A DNA stretch of 64,000 nucleotides from Carcharhinus amblyrhynchos (Eukaryota). The stretch lies in contig OZ336873.1 in assembly GCA_965287045.1 (NCBI GenBank), positions 107,570,001-107,634,000 of the forward strand. The letters run 5' to 3'. A program made the translations under genes and the position numbers. The notes beneath the pieces were generated by a model, which saw only the letters and a program-made list of their open reading frames with translations, made no database searches and was not told the DNA's origin. Shown here piece after piece: positions 1 to 13,146 of this stretch (position 1 is its first letter; each line of letters begins with the position of its first letter).

Positions 1-653
1 ATGTTGGCCTTTATAGCGAGGGGGATTGAATCTAAAAGCAGGAAGGTCTTGCTGCAACTGTACAGGGCACTGGTGAGGCCGCAGCTGGAATACTGTGTGC
101 AGTTTTGGTCGCCGTACCTGCGCAAGGATATTTTGGCCTTGGAGGGAGTGCAGAGGAGGTTCACTAGGCTGATCCCGGAGATGAGGGGGTTGGACTATGA
201 AGAGAGACTAAATAGACTGGGTCTGTCCTCGTTGGAGTTTAGAAGGATGAGGGGGGATCTTATAGAGACGTATAAGATAATGAAAGAGATGGATAGGGTA
301 GAACTAGAGAGATTCTTCCTGCTCAGAAAAGACAGCAGGACTAGAGGGCACAGCCTCAAGATAAGGGGGGGGGCGCAGTTTAGAATGGAGTTGAGGAGGA
401 ACTTCTTCACTCAAAGGGTGGTGAATCTCTGGAATTCTCTACCCGTTGAAGTGGTGGAGGCTACCTCGCTAAATATATTTAAGTCAGGGGTAGATAGGTT
501 TTTTACAGTCAAGGGAATTAAGGGTTAAGGGGAGAAAGCGGGAAAGTGGAACTGAGCCACTTCAGATCAGCCATGATCTTATTGAATGGCGGGGCAGGCT
601 CGAAGGGCTAGATGGCCTACTCCTGCTCCTACTTCGTATGTTCTTATGTTCTT
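1..653 (+). mobile_element. CR1-clade (HER1-like) LINE, 3' end of ORF2 plus 3' UTR; young subfamily, cut by the window edge
   Basis: ORF 1..528 reads LYRALVRPQLEYCVQFWSP...RLGLSSLEFRRMRGDLIETYKIM...RVVNLWNSLP, the typical CR1 ORF2 C-terminus. The tail ends in (TATGTTCT)n. Very similar to 52513-53893. Confidence 0.95.
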
Positions 654-654
654 T

Positions 655-800
655 ATCTTTCTCACTCTCTCTTCCTGGTTTTGGGAAATTCTGCTGGTTA
701 GCTGAAAGCCTTCCTGGAGTAGAAAATCTGCTGTTGATGGGTTGACCAGAGTCTCTCCCTGGTGGTCTGGGAAGCTGTTCTGACTTCAAACTATTCTTAG
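655..800 (+). mobile_element. Fragment of the LTR family seen at 45643-46457
   Basis: ggaaattctgctggttagctgaaagc...gagtagaaaatctgctgttg...agtctctccctggtg aligns with 45925-46050. Confidence 0.7.
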
Positions 801-830
801 TGTATTAAGAGAACTGCCACATTCAGTACA

Positions 831-1083
831 ATCCAGAGGGGCAATTTTTTCAAACAGAGGGTGGCGAGTGTCTGGAACAAAATGCCAGAGGTAGTAGTAG
901 AGGCATGTACAATTTTGTCTTTTAAAAAGCGTTTAGACAATTACATGGGTAAAATGGGTATAAAGGGATATGGGCTAAACGCAGGCAATTGGGACAAGCT
1001 TAGGGGTTAAAAAAAGAGGCGGCTTGAACAAGTTGCGCTGAAGGGCCTGTTTCAATCCTGTAAACCTCTATATGACTCTATGA
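831..1083 (+). mobile_element. CR1 LINE 3' end (second subfamily)
   Basis: Matches the 3' ends of the copies at 35505-36753 and 37995-39018; tail ctctatatgactctatga. Confidence 0.9.
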
Positions 1084-1084
1084 A

Positions 1085-1705
1085 TCTTGGCATTTATTGC
1101 AAAGGGACTGAATTTTAAAAGTAAAGAAGTGTTGTTACAATTGTATAGGTGAGACCACACTTGGACTATTGCGTCCAAGTGTTGGTCTCCAGACTTGAGG
1201 CAGGATGTGATGGCAGTGGAGCAGTTCAGAGATTGATTCTAGGAGTGAAAGGGCTGTCGAACGAGGAGTGTTTGAATAGCTTGGGCTTGCACTTACTGGA
1301 GTTCAGAAGAATGAACGGGGGAAATATGATTGTGGTATATAATATGCTAAAGGTGATTGTTAAGGTGGACATTGAACAGATGTTAGACAGTCTAGAACAA
1401 GCACTCATGGACATAGAGTAAAAGGAGGTATGTTCAAAATTGAGATGAGGAGAAACCACTTCTCTGAGAGGATCGTGAATCTGTGAAACTGACTGCTCCA
1501 GAGTGCAGCGGAGGCAGAATCAATCAACAGATTCAACAAAGAGATGGGTATGTTTATGATGAAAAGCGGGATAAAGGGCCATGGGGAATAGGAAGGAAAG
1601 TGGAGTTTAGACCAAGATAAGATCAACCACGATCATGTCAAATGGCGGAGTGGGCTTTACGTGGTGAATTGCCTACTCCCACTCATAATTTCTATGTTCT
1701 TATGT
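1085..1705 (+). mobile_element. Decayed CR1 LINE 3' part
   Basis: Translates RPHLDYCVQ...LGLHLLEFRRM; ends in a tctatgttcttatg tail. Confidence 0.9.
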
Positions 1706-2108
1706 AAGTAACCGTTTTCCTGTTCCAGTGTTCTAACTCCATCTTTAAAACTTCCTTAAATCTGCACCTTTGACCAATTTTGAGCCTCAAAATAAGACTT
1801 GGAATTTGTTTTTTGTTGAATGGCCTCCTTCTACGCTGTAACAATTCCATGATTCTCATTCTGTATTATGAGCAGAAAATGGGTGCAACAATGCCCAATT
1901 TTGGGGAGCAGCATTCCGCGCCCCAAAATATGGAATCAAGTGAAAACCTAATTTCAAATTTGCCTAAGGCAACCTTCTTGGGCACCATTCTTTCATGCAA
2001 CAAAACTGACTGATAGAAATTCAAACCCTTTTATACCCCTTTCTTTGGTGTACCTTCCTTTTTGAGATTGTATATTCTGGGAAGTGGCTTGGGTTGTAGT
2101 TATGAAAT

Positions 2109-2460
2109 TGTTATTGTTCAGGGCAGAAACTTCAAAGTGTTTTATGGAGCCCACCTGGATCATATGCTTTGCACCTTTAATTTGGCTTGGATAAGCATGA
2201 TATGTTTCACTTCAGATATGATTCAAATGATGTACTAGGGAGCTTTTATCAAACACAGTTTATTTAAGAATATAGCTAAAATGTATGGAAAGAAAATTCG
2301 CAATAACTTTTATCAATTACAAGCAAAAACAAAACCACCATGATAATGTATGTCTCTAAACAGAGGAATCTAAGATGTTCCAATCAAACCAATTCCATAA
2401 ACAAAACCCTTCCATGGGTTTAACACAGGCAAGATGAATGCTCACATGTACTGGAACTGT
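2109..2460 (-). mobile_element. LTR 3' half, same family as the solo LTR at 45643-46457
   Basis: The reverse complement aligns with about 46140-46457, including the ...AACA terminus (tgttattgttcagggcagaaac on the + strand). Confidence 0.85.
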
Positions 2461-2900
2461 ATAACTTCAACAAGACATCCCAATTCCTGTATTCAGTGTT
2501 CTGACCAATGAAAACAAGCATGCTGAATGCCTTCTTCACCAATCTCTCCACATGTGACTCCACTTTCAAGGAGCTGTGAACCTGTACCACTAGATCTCTT
2601 TGTTCTATAACTCTCCCCAGCCCCCTACAATTAACGAATAATTCCTGCCTTGGTTTGATCTACCAAAATGCATCACCTCCATTTGCATTTCTTATTATAT
2701 GCTGCACTGCATACCAACTTTCTGTGATTCATGCACAAGGACACCCAGATCCCTCTGAACTGACACATTTTGAATCTGCTTCCCATTTGATACAGCTCTA
2801 AGGGCTAAAGAGATATGGGGGAGGGGAGGAGAATCAGGATATTGAACTTGACAATCAGCTATGATCAAAATGAATGGTGGAGCAGACTTGAAGAGACTCA
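2460..2900. mobile_element. Mosaic of CR1 fragments (minus strand 2460-2790, plus-strand tail 2795-2900)
   Basis: Minus strand translates VQRDLGVLVHESQKVGMQ; a CR1 3' UTR motif tcagctatgatc...gaatggtggagcagacttga follows on the plus strand. Confidence 0.8.
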
Positions 2901-4168
2901 TGGTCTTCCAGCCACTACAGCTTCCCATTTGGGAGGAAGTCTACTGTACAGGATTGAGTTGAGTATAGATATGGATATTAATGGTGGGGTGAAGCGGAGG
3001 GAAATCAATAAAAGACAGCATCAGAAGCAGGCAGGATTTGGTAGAAGGTTGTCAGACTGGAGGAAGTTGCAGATTGGAGGAAGATAAAGACCTTGAATGT
3101 ATTTAAAAGTGAGGATGAAAAAAATAATGTACTGACCCGTGTAGGTCAGTGAAGACTGTTAGCCATGTGTTCCTGTAAGTGAAAGAAAGTCTGAAAGCAG
3201 AGAAACAAGTTGTTTGTTTCTGATACATAATTGAGACTGGTTCACTAGTGTCAATCATTCCTGTAAGCAAGCCATACATCTCTTCAATTCCAAAATTGAC
3301 TTAGCTTCCAAGTATTTACTTAAATCAGAATGTAACCTGAGAATGTAACAACGTGAGCCCTTTAACATACCAAATGGATATTGTCTCGGGTGCACACATT
3401 CTCACGCCTGCTTCTCCACTCATTACATTTTATTGAGACAAGGCCAGAACAAAGCACTGTTGTTTTATTTTTCAGCCAACAAGTGAACGCATAGAGCTCT
3501 ATTCTAATCAGACTCACTTAGTGCAATCAGTGCAACTTGTCTTTGCATTACAATAAAAAATAATGAACACTTTCCCAGATCAATGAGTCATCCTGCTTGA
3601 TTTAAATAAAGTAACTTCTATGTTCTTCCTGTATCCCATTCTCCTGAAGCTGGCAAATTTTTCCCTGGCTTCTTTACAACCAAAAACTCAAGGTCTGATT
3701 TTAACCAAAAATGGACATTGGGAGGGGAGTGTGTTGGGATGGGATAGTGGGAAAAGGAAGGCTGGTTAGTTGGAGGTAAGGGGAGTTAAAATTTCAGTGA
3801 AATGCACCCTCCCTCTCTTCACTTGTGGTGACACTTGTCAAATGTCTGGGACTAACAGCTTCCCAATATAAAGATGTTAACTGCTTATTGATGATGGAGC
3901 CAGACTAAGCAATTACTTGTTTCATTCTGTGTGGATCCAGTTTAATACCAAATTCACTTGTATTTAACTATGTTTTATCTTTGTGTTCTATTTAAACTGA
4001 ACAAATATATTTTAAACTAAACAACTGCTGAAGTTGCTGAGTTGTATAGATTGATAACAAAAGACAAACAAGCAGAAAGGTTTATTCAACAATCTTAGCA
4101 ACTTTTACACACTGTGTGTCTATCCATGTTGGGGGAGAACCTCTTGTGCTGCTAATATGTCACTTCCT

Positions 4169-5233
4169 GGGCACAATTTAACATTTGGAGTCTAAGGGCC
4201 GGATCCGGGTGTAATACAGGTCTGAGCTCGGAATCATCTTTGCAGCGTGCCCATACGCTTTTTGCTTTCTTTGGTCCAATCCGCGCGGTGGGCGGGGCTT
4301 AGCACTACCAGAACGATTGGAGCTCTGAACTGCACATGCATTCAGGGGGAGGGGGAGGTGGGTCAGAGCATTCTTTGGGTGGAGGGGGGCATACGAGAGA
4401 GCTGATCATTGTCTGGTGATGGTGGGGGGGGTTGGGGGCGCGGAGGGGGAGGTGGGTCAGAGCATCCTCTGGACGGGGAGGGAACGTGAGAGAGCTGATC
4501 GTTGTCTGGTGGTGGTTTTGGGGCGGGGGGGGGGAGTTGGTGGGGGGGTGGGCGGTGGTGGGTGGGGGGGAGGCCTGATCACTCACTGATGGGGGTGGCA
4601 GATGGATCTGTGGTGGGAGGGCAGGAGGGTCGGCTGCCACTCTGTGGGCGATCGGTTGGGAGGGTGGGGGGGTGGGGGCTGGGGGTGGTGGGTGGGCAGG
4701 GGTGTCTGCTGCCAGTCTGCAGGCGATCCCTCCTCCCAGAGTGGCCACACGTCCACTCCCCACTCATTGCCCGCAGAGTGGCAGTGGACCCCCCTGCCCC
4801 CCACCAGAGATCGGTCCGCCACCTCCCCCCCACTCCAATCGGTGAGCAATCGGGCCTCTCCTCCACCACCAGACAACGATCAGCCCTCTCGCCTCCCACT
4901 CCCCAGAGGATGCTCTGACCCGCTTCCTCCTCCTCCTCCCCCCTTCCCACCTTCCCAGAGAATGATCTGTGTCAGAGAGCCATTGCAGGCTCTGAAGCCG
5001 CTTCAGAGGTTCCCCTACAAAATAAAAATTGGCTTCCGATTTTTATTTTGCGGGTCACTTAGAGTGCAGATCTGGAATGGACGAGAAGAAGGTAAAGTGG
5101 GATTTGGTGGGAGAGTTGGCTGCGCTGTTCATTAAATCATTAAATAAATTTAAATGCATGCAGATCGTATTAAAGGCCTGATGTCCGAATTTATCACGAT
5201 TTTGCGCCCAGAATCTTTGGTAAAGTCGGGCCC
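4169..5233. mobile_element. Non-autonomous PIF/Harbinger-like DNA transposon (MITE) with an internal palindrome
   Basis: Imperfect terminal inverted repeats (TIRs) gggcacaatttaac / ggtaaagtcgggccc, flanked by cct on both sides. G-rich left arm and C-rich right arm. Confidence 0.75.
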
Positions 5234-5269
5234 CCTGTGTCCACACATCATCCACCATTGGAACGACGG

Positions 5270-5658
5270 AGGATGGAGGTTGAGGGGTGAGCTGATAGAA
5301 GTCTATAACGTTATGAGAGGCATGGACAAAGTGGATAGTCAGAAGCTTTTTACCAGGGTGGAAGGGTCAATTACAAGGGGGCACAGGTTTAAGGTGTGAG
5401 AGGCAATGTTTAAAGGAGATGTTCGAGGCAAGCTTTTTGACACAGAGGATGGTGGGTGCTTGGAACTCACTGTCGGGGGAGATGGTGGAAACGGATATAG
5501 TAGTGATTTCTAAGGGCCGTCTTGACAAATACATGAATAGGATGGGAATAGAGGGATATGGTCCCTGGAAGGGTAAAGGATTTTAGTTCAGTTGGGCAGC
5601 GTGGTTGGTGCCTAAGGACCTGTTCCTGTGCTGTAATTTTCTTTCTTCTTTGTTCTAA
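5270..5658 (+). mobile_element. CR1 LINE 3' end
   Basis: Translates RLRGELIEVYNVMRGMDKVDSQKLF...TRGHRFKV; tail cctgttcctgtgctgtaattttctttcttctttgttct. Confidence 0.9.
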
Positions 5659-6283
5659 TGTAGCGTTCACCACCCAGTCTACATTTTCTCCACTTAAGTT
5701 AGGATAACCGGAACTACAGGCATATTACAATGTAGGACAGCCGTGACAGGTTATAAAGTATTTACAATGTATAGAGCACTAACTTGGGCAACAGAACATA
5801 AATTATTTACATTATGCAGAGCACTGATGTGAACTGCTACACCTGACACAAAGCCCTATGTGTCTCTTCCTCCCCAACCTTTTTAAAAAACACAGTCCAT
5901 CTGCACATTAGGTCAGTACATTGTTCTTGAACTTCGAATTTGGCCTGCTCGGGTGTCCTGAGCATATGATTGTGCCATTTGGCTGTGCTTGAATTGCAGT
6001 CCTCAGAGTCCTTGTGGTGTGCCCAGTGGCTGCAGGGTTTGTTCCATTGGCTTTGGGAGTGGCTTTCCTTTCCACTGGTGCAGATATTGCAGAATCGATG
6101 CGTTGGACTTTGTGGTACTTGGTGATACTGGTTCAGGCACCTACAGCAAGTGATGTCTGATGTGGAGAGTGCCATCTGAAGCAACCACATAGATGTTTGG
6201 TTGTGGGCATAACTGTGTACCACTGCCAGCTTGTTGTGGCCGCTTATGGTTTGGATCCTGACCTTTCGGTCTGTTTCTATAAT

Positions 6284-6597
6284 TTAGAGTTTATTTATTA
6301 GAGTCACAAGTAGGTTTACATTAACACTGCAATGAAGTTGCTGTGAAATTCCCTTAGTTGCCACACTCTAGCATCTGTCTGAGTACACTGAGGGAGAATT
6401 TAGCACGGCCAATGCACCTGACCAGCACATCTTTCAGGCTGTAGGAGGAAACCAGGGCACCTGGAGGAAATCCATGCAGTCATGAGGAGAACGTGCAAAC
6501 TCCTCACAGACAGTGACAGTGACCCAAGCCGGGAATTGAACCCGGGTCCCTGGTGCAGTGAAGCAGCAGTGCTAACCAGTATGAAACTGTGCTGCCT
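6284..6597 (-). mobile_element. HE1-type tRNA-derived V-SINE, tail variant B (…tgtgactctaataaataaact)
   Basis: The reverse strand has a tRNA head (tggttagcactgctgcttcac...ccgggttcaattccc) and the V-domain (tgtgaggagtttgcacgttctcc). Confidence 0.85.
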
Positions 6598-6704
6598 TAG
6601 AATGCAGAGTCTGCATTTCTGTTCGCAGGGGGGTCCTGATGGGTTTTTAGAACAATCAATAATGGTTTTGTGGTGATCATTACTCTTTTAACTGCAGGTT
6701 TTGC

Positions 6705-7015
6705 TAACCCCCAGGATGTTGATAGTGTGGAATTCAGCGATGGAAATGCCACTGAATGTCAAGGGGATTAATGAACCCTCGCTGATTGGCAAAAGTAATT
6801 GCCTGGCGCTTGTGTGGTGTGAATGTTAGTTGCCATTTATCAGCCTAAGCCTGAGTGTTGCCCAGGTCTTGATGAATATGGGTATGGACTGCTTCAGTGC
6901 CTGAGGAGTCATGGATGGTGCTGAACATTGTACAGTCATCAGTGAATGTCCCCATGTCTGACTTCTGATGGAGGAAAGGTTATTATTGAAACAGCTGAAG
7001 ATGGCTAGGCTCAGG
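6705..7015 (-). mobile_element. Non-LTR retrotransposon RT fragment (CR1/L2-group family distinct from HER1)
   Basis: Minus strand reads GTFTDDCT (degenerate FADD motif). Similar to the fragments at 26690-28190. Confidence 0.7.
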
Positions 7016-8085
7016 TGTTCTTTCTTTCAATGTGTTGAAGTGGAAATTTTCCTGCTTCTTGACTGTGATAGAAAGACTCAACAAAATTAATTCCAACAAA
7101 ATAACTTGTCTTTACTTACGAAAGAATGCATGCAGTATTGGCAGTAACTTGAGTTTGGAGAGCAGTCATTACTAATTCCTTCTCAAGTCTGCGCTTACAT
7201 AAAGAATCAGTTTAGTATTTATACATAATCATTATCAGTTTGCGTGACCAGAGCTTATTCAGGAATTCGATCAGTAGCAGCATCATAAGCAATGTCATAA
7301 ATCATGGTACAATTTGCTGACCTCCTAAAACACTTTGCTGACCTCCTAGAACTCTTTGTTTCATCATTCATACCTTTATTTTGTCCTTTTGATAGAACAG
7401 AAGAAGGCCAATGACTTTGTCATTTCTGACCTTACCTTGTCTCAATAATACGGCCCTAGATCATGTGGAGTCAGCCTTATCAGGTCTTGCAGAGGCTCGC
7501 ATAGCTTGACCTTCTCTGGTTTTATTCATGTCTTAAGTTATGCAGAGTCAGAGTCTTACAGGGGTCTGACAGTTTGGAATAGCTTGGTGAGCTTTCCTTA
7601 TTTTGTACCAAATACTTGACCAATTTTCCCATCATGCCCCTACTTCATTCGTACAACTTCACAAATGAAATTACTTAATAATGCCAAAATGCAATGTCAG
7701 CATTTTCTTGTCCACAGATACCAAGGCAATGTTAGTTGTGAACTTGGGAAATGCTATAGTAAGGCTGGATCATGAATGTTTGTGTTAAAGCTTTCTCTGT
7801 GCGCACAAAAGTGACCCAACTCATAGGCTCACAACCATGACTGAGAGTGACACATCACAGAATCAGAAAGAACAATCTAGTGTGAGGATGACACCAGAAC
7901 ATTACTCTTGCCTGAGTGATGGCCTGTGGAGAGGTGCTGGAGCCTGGATTCATTTCAGCCATCAGATGTTCACATTAGAACCAGTGATGGAAAATTGTCC
8001 TCCTTGATGGACATTGTAACACTTTAAACATGCTGCCATGGTGCACCAAGGTTTGCAATGCTTCTTGAAGGCTGCCACTGAAAAG

Positions 8086-8241
8086 GTATGAAGGTTAGGT
8101 TGATTGGCCATGCTAAATTGCCTCTTCGTGTCAGAATAAATTACCAGGGTAAATACATGGGTTACAGGAATACAGCCTGATGGAATTGTTGTCAGTGCAG
8201 GCTTAAAGGGCCAAATGGCCTCCTACACTGAAGGGGTTCTA
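8086..8241 (+). mobile_element. HE1-type SINE, 3' part
   Basis: ggttaggttgattggccatgctaaattgcc...gggccaaatggcctcc. Confidence 0.85.
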
Positions 8242-8539
8242 CAAAATGTTGATCTGATGCTTGAAAAGAGTGCACCATGTTTAATTTTGTCACAGTGAAT
8301 GCTAGTGAAGTTCTTACCCCATAATAGAATGGTTACATACTCCAGAGGCTGTCTCACCTTCCAAAGATAAGGTCACTGTCACACAAAATTGTGTTTACTT
8401 ATTTTGAGGTTGATGACCTTCATTGAGATGCTGAGGATAGAAAATAAAGATGTTAATGTTAATCCTGTATGGACGAAAGTGGTTTATATGAGTCATTTGT
8501 TTTCATTATCCTAGAATCTTGTGGTTATAAAGATCACCT

Positions 8540-8900
8540 GGGCATGACTGCCACATCTGGCCCATGCTGTGGCCTCCATCTCTAGGGCATCATCATCCTT
8601 GCCTTATTGACTTCATCCCTCATGACATTCTCCTCATTAGAGGAGAAATGCAGCTCATCCATCTCTCCATCTGGCAACTCATTTCCCCCTTTGGAGAGTG
8701 CAAGGCGCTGCAAACCCTAAGGATGCAGTTCACCCTCTTGGGAGATTACTGGAGAGCACCAGGCATTGGAAATGTATCTTCAGCATGCCAACGGTCTGCT
8801 CAATCAAGGAACATGTCGTGGAATGAGTTGCATTGTACTTCTCTGAAGATCTTAGTGGTTACCCAATCGGCATCATCCCCTGAATGTGTTGATGACCTTG
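8540..8900 (-). pseudogene. Decayed PIF/Harbinger (HARBI1-like) transposase, C-terminal part
   Basis: Minus strand gives LIEQTVGMLKIHFQCL and, after a frameshift, GALQ*SPKRVNCILRVCSALH. This matches the Harbinger motifs IEQTFGxLKxRFRCL...GALQYSPERV...CCALHN. Confidence 0.8.
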
Positions 8901-8969
8901 AGGGTCTGTGGCACCGATGAGTGACTCATGATGTAAGATTTGTGTGAGGTCCCTTGCAATGAGAGGCAT

Positions 8970-9925
8970 AGACTGGAATTTTCCGAGAAAAATTCTAAAT
9001 GTCCAGCTAGCGTGAAAATGGGAGAGCTGCAGCTCCATTTGTTGGGTGAGTTTTTACACCCAATCTTGTGCACATAGCTACTTTAGACAGTGGGCAGGGC
9101 TTAATTCGCAAGCCAGCAGCAGAGGAATTTATTTCATATGTATAGTTCTCCCATGTCTACAAATGCACAATAACAACAGCAGAGGCCTGACAGGGAGAGA
9201 GAAGGAGCTGTTAAGCCACTGTTATTGGAGCCAGCCTTAGCCAACACCCCCCATAATTGCAGTGGCCTGCAGTCGATCGTGATCCCCACACCACCGGAAA
9301 TGAAACCCCGACCAGCCCATTTCATTGTCCAGACCGATCGTGTACCCTCTCCCAACCACTGATCTGATGCAGAGTGGCAGTGGGCTCTCCCATCTCCAAA
9401 AACCCATCAGACAGCAGAGAGGCAGCAGAGCCCCCACTCCATCCCTGGTTGGGCCACCCCAACCTGGCCCTACCCCCACAGGCCTTGCCTCTATAAGCCA
9501 CACCCTCATAGATCCCATCAAGGTGCTGACAAGATGACAGGCTGGCACTGGCATTGCCTAAGCAGCACCGCCCCTGGCCCTCGGTCGCCGGTGGGGCCAC
9601 AGTGGCCTCCCGTTCCACTGGTGAGGCTAGCATGACTGTTCCCCGTTCATGGGAGGTGGTGTTTCTCTCACCAGAAAAAAACCTCTTCTAGTGAGCCCAT
9701 AGAGGCAATTGAGACTGGATGATTGAGTGACGGGCTCGTTAATGCATGTAAATGAGGATTATAAATTATTTAAATAACTTATACAGCCTTTCGCTGGAAA
9801 TCCACCTCTGGTAAGATCGCAAGATCTGACAAATCGGGCGTGATCCTGATTTCTCAGCTTTCACGTGTCTTTACCAGCTCACTCTGCGCATCGATGGGTG
9901 GGATGAACTGATAAAATTCCATCCA
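8970..9925. mobile_element. Harbinger-like MITE
   Basis: TIR-like ends gactggaattttcc / taaaattccatcc. The C-rich core with ggcactggca...gcc motifs is shared with 42700-43430 and 59935-60816. Confidence 0.7.
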
Positions 9926-10419
9926 TAATCTGCTTTTGGTTGTTGTAGATCGGGTGCATTTTTAGAGAGCGAACATCTGCTTTATTGATGAACTGTTGTC
10001 AATGCTGCCAGAAAGCTCTTAAAGCCAACGCAGTCAATGGTACCCTGCAGCTGTAAGCAGGCAGATATAGCTGAAAATCTCACTGCTCTGGTAACCTGGC
10101 TGGCTTCATCCTGGGAGAAATGGGTGGAATTGTGAACTTTACTGGACAGGGTATTGGTGAATTCATAAATGCATCTATGAGCAAGGGAATATAATGTCAC
10201 CAAAGATCCCCAGTCAATTCCTGGACAAGCCATTAGCAAAGAAATTGAGAGTGGTAGTTACCTTTAGAAATGAATCTCTTCCCAGTCTATGTAGTGTCAG
10301 ATTGTCCCCAGTGAATGTGGTAGATGTGAGCAACCATATCCCTTGACAAGTGAAGACATTTACATCATTCTCTTTCTTTCACCTGCAAGTATGTAAAGCA
10401 TTTTTGGTATATGTTGAAT

Positions 10420-10800
10420 CATGCCGAATGCCTCAGTGGAACTGATCTCTCCACTGCAGCTTCTGAGTCTTCATGGGGTCCTGCTGGGCCATATTTCTCA
10501 GGACGAGGCTGTTCCCTTTGCAAAGCCTGGTGGTGACAGGCCCTTCTTCTCCTCCTTAGTTGCATGAGAGCCATGAAAACGACAGTGTTGCCTACTGCTT
10601 CCATTCTACGTGCCTTCTTGTTTCTCTGGAACAGGTAAATGATCACCTTCCATTACCAAACGAGGGAGTCATTATGAAGGGCTGCTCATTTTCCAGGCAT
10701 TCCAGTCTGTGATCCTCCCTTGCAGCTGTGTTACTCCCTTAAGGCTCACTGGAAGCTGTGCCCATCTACCCCCTAATTCACTCACACAACAGCACTTTCA
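10420..10800 (-). mobile_element. Probable Harbinger transposase 5' relic
   Basis: Arg-rich N-terminal-like segment MEAVGN...QLRRRRRA, collinear upstream of the 8540-8900 relic. No catalytic motif is visible. Confidence 0.35.
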
Positions 10801-11610
10801 TAATGGGGGTTGAATCTGGCTGAGTACAGCCAAACACTTCCAGCTTCAATGAGGAGTCCGTCAAGTTGCTTCCTTTCAAGTGCAAAACTGGCTTCTAGTT
10901 ACTAATCTTATGTAGGTATTGAGGTGTGTAAAGCCTGAGACTCTGAGCTGCATTGTATAGAGATCTTTGGAGCTGTTTGCATAAGCACTGAGTAGAATAA
11001 ATCCATTCAAACTCAATCAACGTTTGACCCAAGCCAATAGATTCATGGAAGACTGTGCACCATGAATTAAATTACTCAAATCCTTCAACTGTATTTGACT
11101 TTTCCTAACATGTCTCAGCTTCGTTCGCTGTGTCCTGAAACAGTAATTACTATCATGCCTCTTCAATCGACCCAAAAATACAGTCATCATCTCTCCCCAC
11201 AAGTCCTCAGAACCCCTCCTCTACTTATTTTTCAACTATCATTCTATCAGCTGTAGAGATGGTATTGTTCAACTTATATCATGAGACCAGCTTCCGAACC
11301 ATCCCTCCCAAATCCCACTCACCCTCGTAGAAGACCAGTCTGTGTAGGTTTCCCACACTCCGATCACTCTCCTTCCTGCCCCCACTCATCATGGAACCCA
11401 TTATCATTCTTGTAGATCTTCCTGTCCTTCTCTGAAATATGTCAGCAATGCCCGGCCATGACTCTCTCCTTTCTGGTGATGTACTCACCTGAGCTCCTAT
11501 GGGAGGTCTGCCCACCAAGCGTACACTCCGAGGGATCATATCTCATATCTGCCTGTCCTCAAACCGATGAGAATGGAATTTCTTATGGCGGGGATGATTT
11601 AGATGTGGGG

Positions 11611-12630
11611 TAGTTTCTTGTGGTCTTGGGCAGAGCAGAAACCATACCAAACTGTGATACAACCCGAAGAATGCTTTCTAAGGTGCATCTGTAAAAGTTG
11701 GTGGGAGTTGCAGCTGACATGCCAAATTTCCTTAGTCTTCTAAGAAAACAGAGGCTTTAGTGGGCTTTTTTAACTATAGTGTCAGCATGGGGGACCAGGG
11801 CAGATGTTGGTGATCTGGACATCTAAAAACTTAAAGCTCTCAACATTTTCATCTTTGTCCTTATTGATGTAGACAGGGGCATGTTCTCCTCTATGCTTCC
11901 TGAAGTCAATAAAAATCTCCTTGATTTTGTTGACATTGAGAGAGAGATTGTTGTTTCTGCACCAGTTCACCAGATTCTCTATCTCATTCCTATACTCTGT
12001 CTTGTGATTGTTTGAGATCGGTCCCATTACAGTAGTGTTGTCAACAAACTTGAAAATTGAATTGATGGGGAATTTAGCCACACAGTCATAGGTGTATAGA
12101 GCGTATAGTAGTGGACTGAGAATGGCCTTGTGGGGCATCGGTGTTGAGGATATTGTGGAAGAGGTGGTGTTGCCTATCCTTGCTGATTGTGGTCTATGAG
12201 TTAGGAAGTTCAGGGTCCAGTCGCAGAGGGAGGATCCGAGGCCCAGGCCACAGAGTTTGGAGACATGTTTCATGGGAATAATAACGTTGAAGGCTGACCT
12301 ATAGTCAATAAATAGGAGCCTGACTAGGTGTCTTTGTTAGCTAAGTGTTCCAGGGTTGAATGCAGGACCAGGGAGATGGAATCTGCTGTGGACCTGCTGC
12401 AACAGTAGGCAAACGGTAGCGGATCCAGGTTGTTGAAAAGTTGGAATTGATTCATGCCATGATTCATACCTTTCAAAGCACTTCATAATGATGGATGTCA
12501 GAGTCACTGGACAATAGTCATTGAGACACTCTGCTTGGTTTTGCTTCAGTGCCGGGATGATGGTTGTCTTCTTAAAGCAGATAGGGACCTCGGGTTGTTG
12601 TAAAGAGAAGTTGAAGATGTCTGCGAATAC
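11611..12630 (-). mobile_element. Rex1/Babar non-LTR retrotransposon, RT region (inverted 5' segment)
   Basis: Translates [29 protein letters not shown]...[13 protein letters not shown]...[17 protein letters not shown]...[17 protein letters not shown], characteristic of Rex1/Babar RT. Confidence 0.9.
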
Positions 12631-13146
12631 TAACTTTTACACATGCATCATAGAAATCATTCTTTCTGGTTGTTTGGCAGTTTAATATGGCTCCTGCTCT
12701 GCCCAAAGCTACAAGAGATTACAAAAGGTCATGAATGTAGCCCAATTCATCACACAAACCAGCCTCCCATCCATTGACTATCCACACTTCCCGCTGCCTT
12801 GGCAAAGCAGCCAAAATAATTTAAGGACCCCATGCACCTTGGACATTCCCTCTTCCACCTTGTTCCGTCAGGAAAAAGATACAAAAGTCTGAGATCACAT
12901 ACCAACTGACACAAGAACAGCTTCTTCCCTGCTACCATCAGATTTTTGAATGGGCTTACCGTGCATTAAGTTGATTTTTCTCTATACCCTAGCTACAACT
13001 GTAACATCACATTCTGCACTCTCTCATTTCCTTCTCTATGAACAGTGTGCTTTGTTTGTATAGCGCGCAAGAAACTTGTCTGTATAGTGCAAAAGAATAG
13101 TTTTCACTGTAAATATACGTGACATTAAAAAATCAAATCAAATCAA
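12631..13146 (+). mobile_element. Rex1/Babar 3' segment with an (AAATC)n tail
   Basis: Continues the RT C-terminus (...aacagcttcttccctgctaccatcaga...) and ends in aaatcaaatcaaatcaaa. Confidence 0.9.

Noticed and set aside
4305-5135. Several long Pro- or Gly-rich ORFs (97-177 aa) on both strands
   Set aside because: By-products of G/C homopolymer runs in a palindromic MITE; low complexity and no domain.
5837-6223. 128-aa Cys/His-rich minus-strand ORF
   Set aside because: No recognisable zinc-finger spacing or family; probably a decayed retroelement end, but I cannot assign it.
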